A DNA stretch of 64,000 nt, from NCBI GenBank assembly GCA_965223415.1, contig OZ245002.1, positions 1,888,001 to 1,952,000 of the forward strand. Direction: 5' to 3'. Each line of letters starts with the position of its first letter. Position 1 is the stretch's first letter. The notes beneath the pieces were generated by a model. That model had not been told where the DNA came from, ran no database searches, and saw only the letters and a list, made by a program, of their open reading frames with translations. Origin of the DNA: Myxococcota bacterium (GTDB taxonomy: Bacteria > Myxococcota_A > UBA9160 > UBA6930). This document shows positions 63,582 through 64,000 of the stretch, piece by piece. Both the position numbers and the translations under genes were made by a program.

Positions 63582-63617
63582 CGGCCCGCCGGGCCCGAGG
63601 AGCTACCCTCCGCCGCC

Positions 63618-63905
63618 ATGTTCGGTATCGGCATGCCGGAGCTGATCGTCATCCTGGTGGTGGCGCTGCTCGTCTTCGGCCCCTCGAAGCTCCCGGAGCT
63701 CGCCCGCAACCTGGGCCGCGGGCTGGCCGAGTTCCGCCGCGCCTCCACCGACATCCGGCGCAGCCTGATGGAGGCCGAGAACGAGGCCCGCCAGTCGATC
63801 CAGCCCCCGCCGGCCCAGGCACCCGAAGCTGAAGCCGAGAAGGCACCGAAGGCCCTGGCCTCGGCCCCGGAGCCCGAGCCGAGCAAGCCGGACGACGCCA
63901 GCTAG
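63618..63905 (+). CDS. Twin-arginine translocase TatA/TatB subunit
   Basis: [33 protein letters not shown]. Confidence 0.9.
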   Translation: MFGIGMPELIVILVVALLVFGPSKLPELARNLGRGLAEFRRASTDIRRSLMEAENEARQSIQPPPAQAPEAEAEKAPKALASAPEPEPSKPDDAS

Positions 63906-63908
63906 CCC

Positions 63909-64000
63909 ATGACCCTGGACGAGGCGTTACCGCTCACGGAGCACCTGGCCGAGCTCCGCACGCGGCTCTTCAAGATCCTGATCGCCTGGGGGATCGGCTT
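63909..64000 (+). CDS. tatC: Twin-arginine translocase TatC (5' part only)
   Basis: LPLTEHLAELRTRL directly after tatA/B. Confidence 0.85.
   Translation, partial: MTLDEALPLTEHLAELRTRLFKILIAWGIG

Overview
A very GC-rich bacterial chromosome segment. Gene content and order (plant-type GshA, sigma54 regulators, rpsU-dnaG-rpoD, prfA-prmC-his) suggest a Myxococcota/deltaproteobacteria-like organism, which is an inference. Most of the window is core genes: rpsU-dnaG-rpoD, prfA-prmC-hisDBHAF, PBP1B, pgeF, rluD, selA, rng-rplU-rpmA-obgE-proBA-nadD-rsfS, grxC-trxB, gshA, a tandem thyX and tatA/B-tatC. Accessory genes include a P450, a cyclase-AAA-TPR protein, an S8 protease, several atypical two-component proteins and an HD-GYP/PilZ pair. 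One intact IS5-family element with a CTAG target duplication sits next to a REP-like palindrome. The most unusual signal is non-coding: a ~555 bp nested-palindrome element (44518-45072) holding two diverged, oppositely oriented ~120 nt cores, each closed by a different long stem. Other oddities are a REP-like family with local C-to-G strand skew, two 11-12 codon bridging ORFs, repeated leaderless-type starts, two reading-frame anomalies (prmC end, nadD start) and enzymes with altered catalytic motifs. I found no CRISPR array, rRNA or tRNA. All assignments come from motif recognition by eye, with no database searches.
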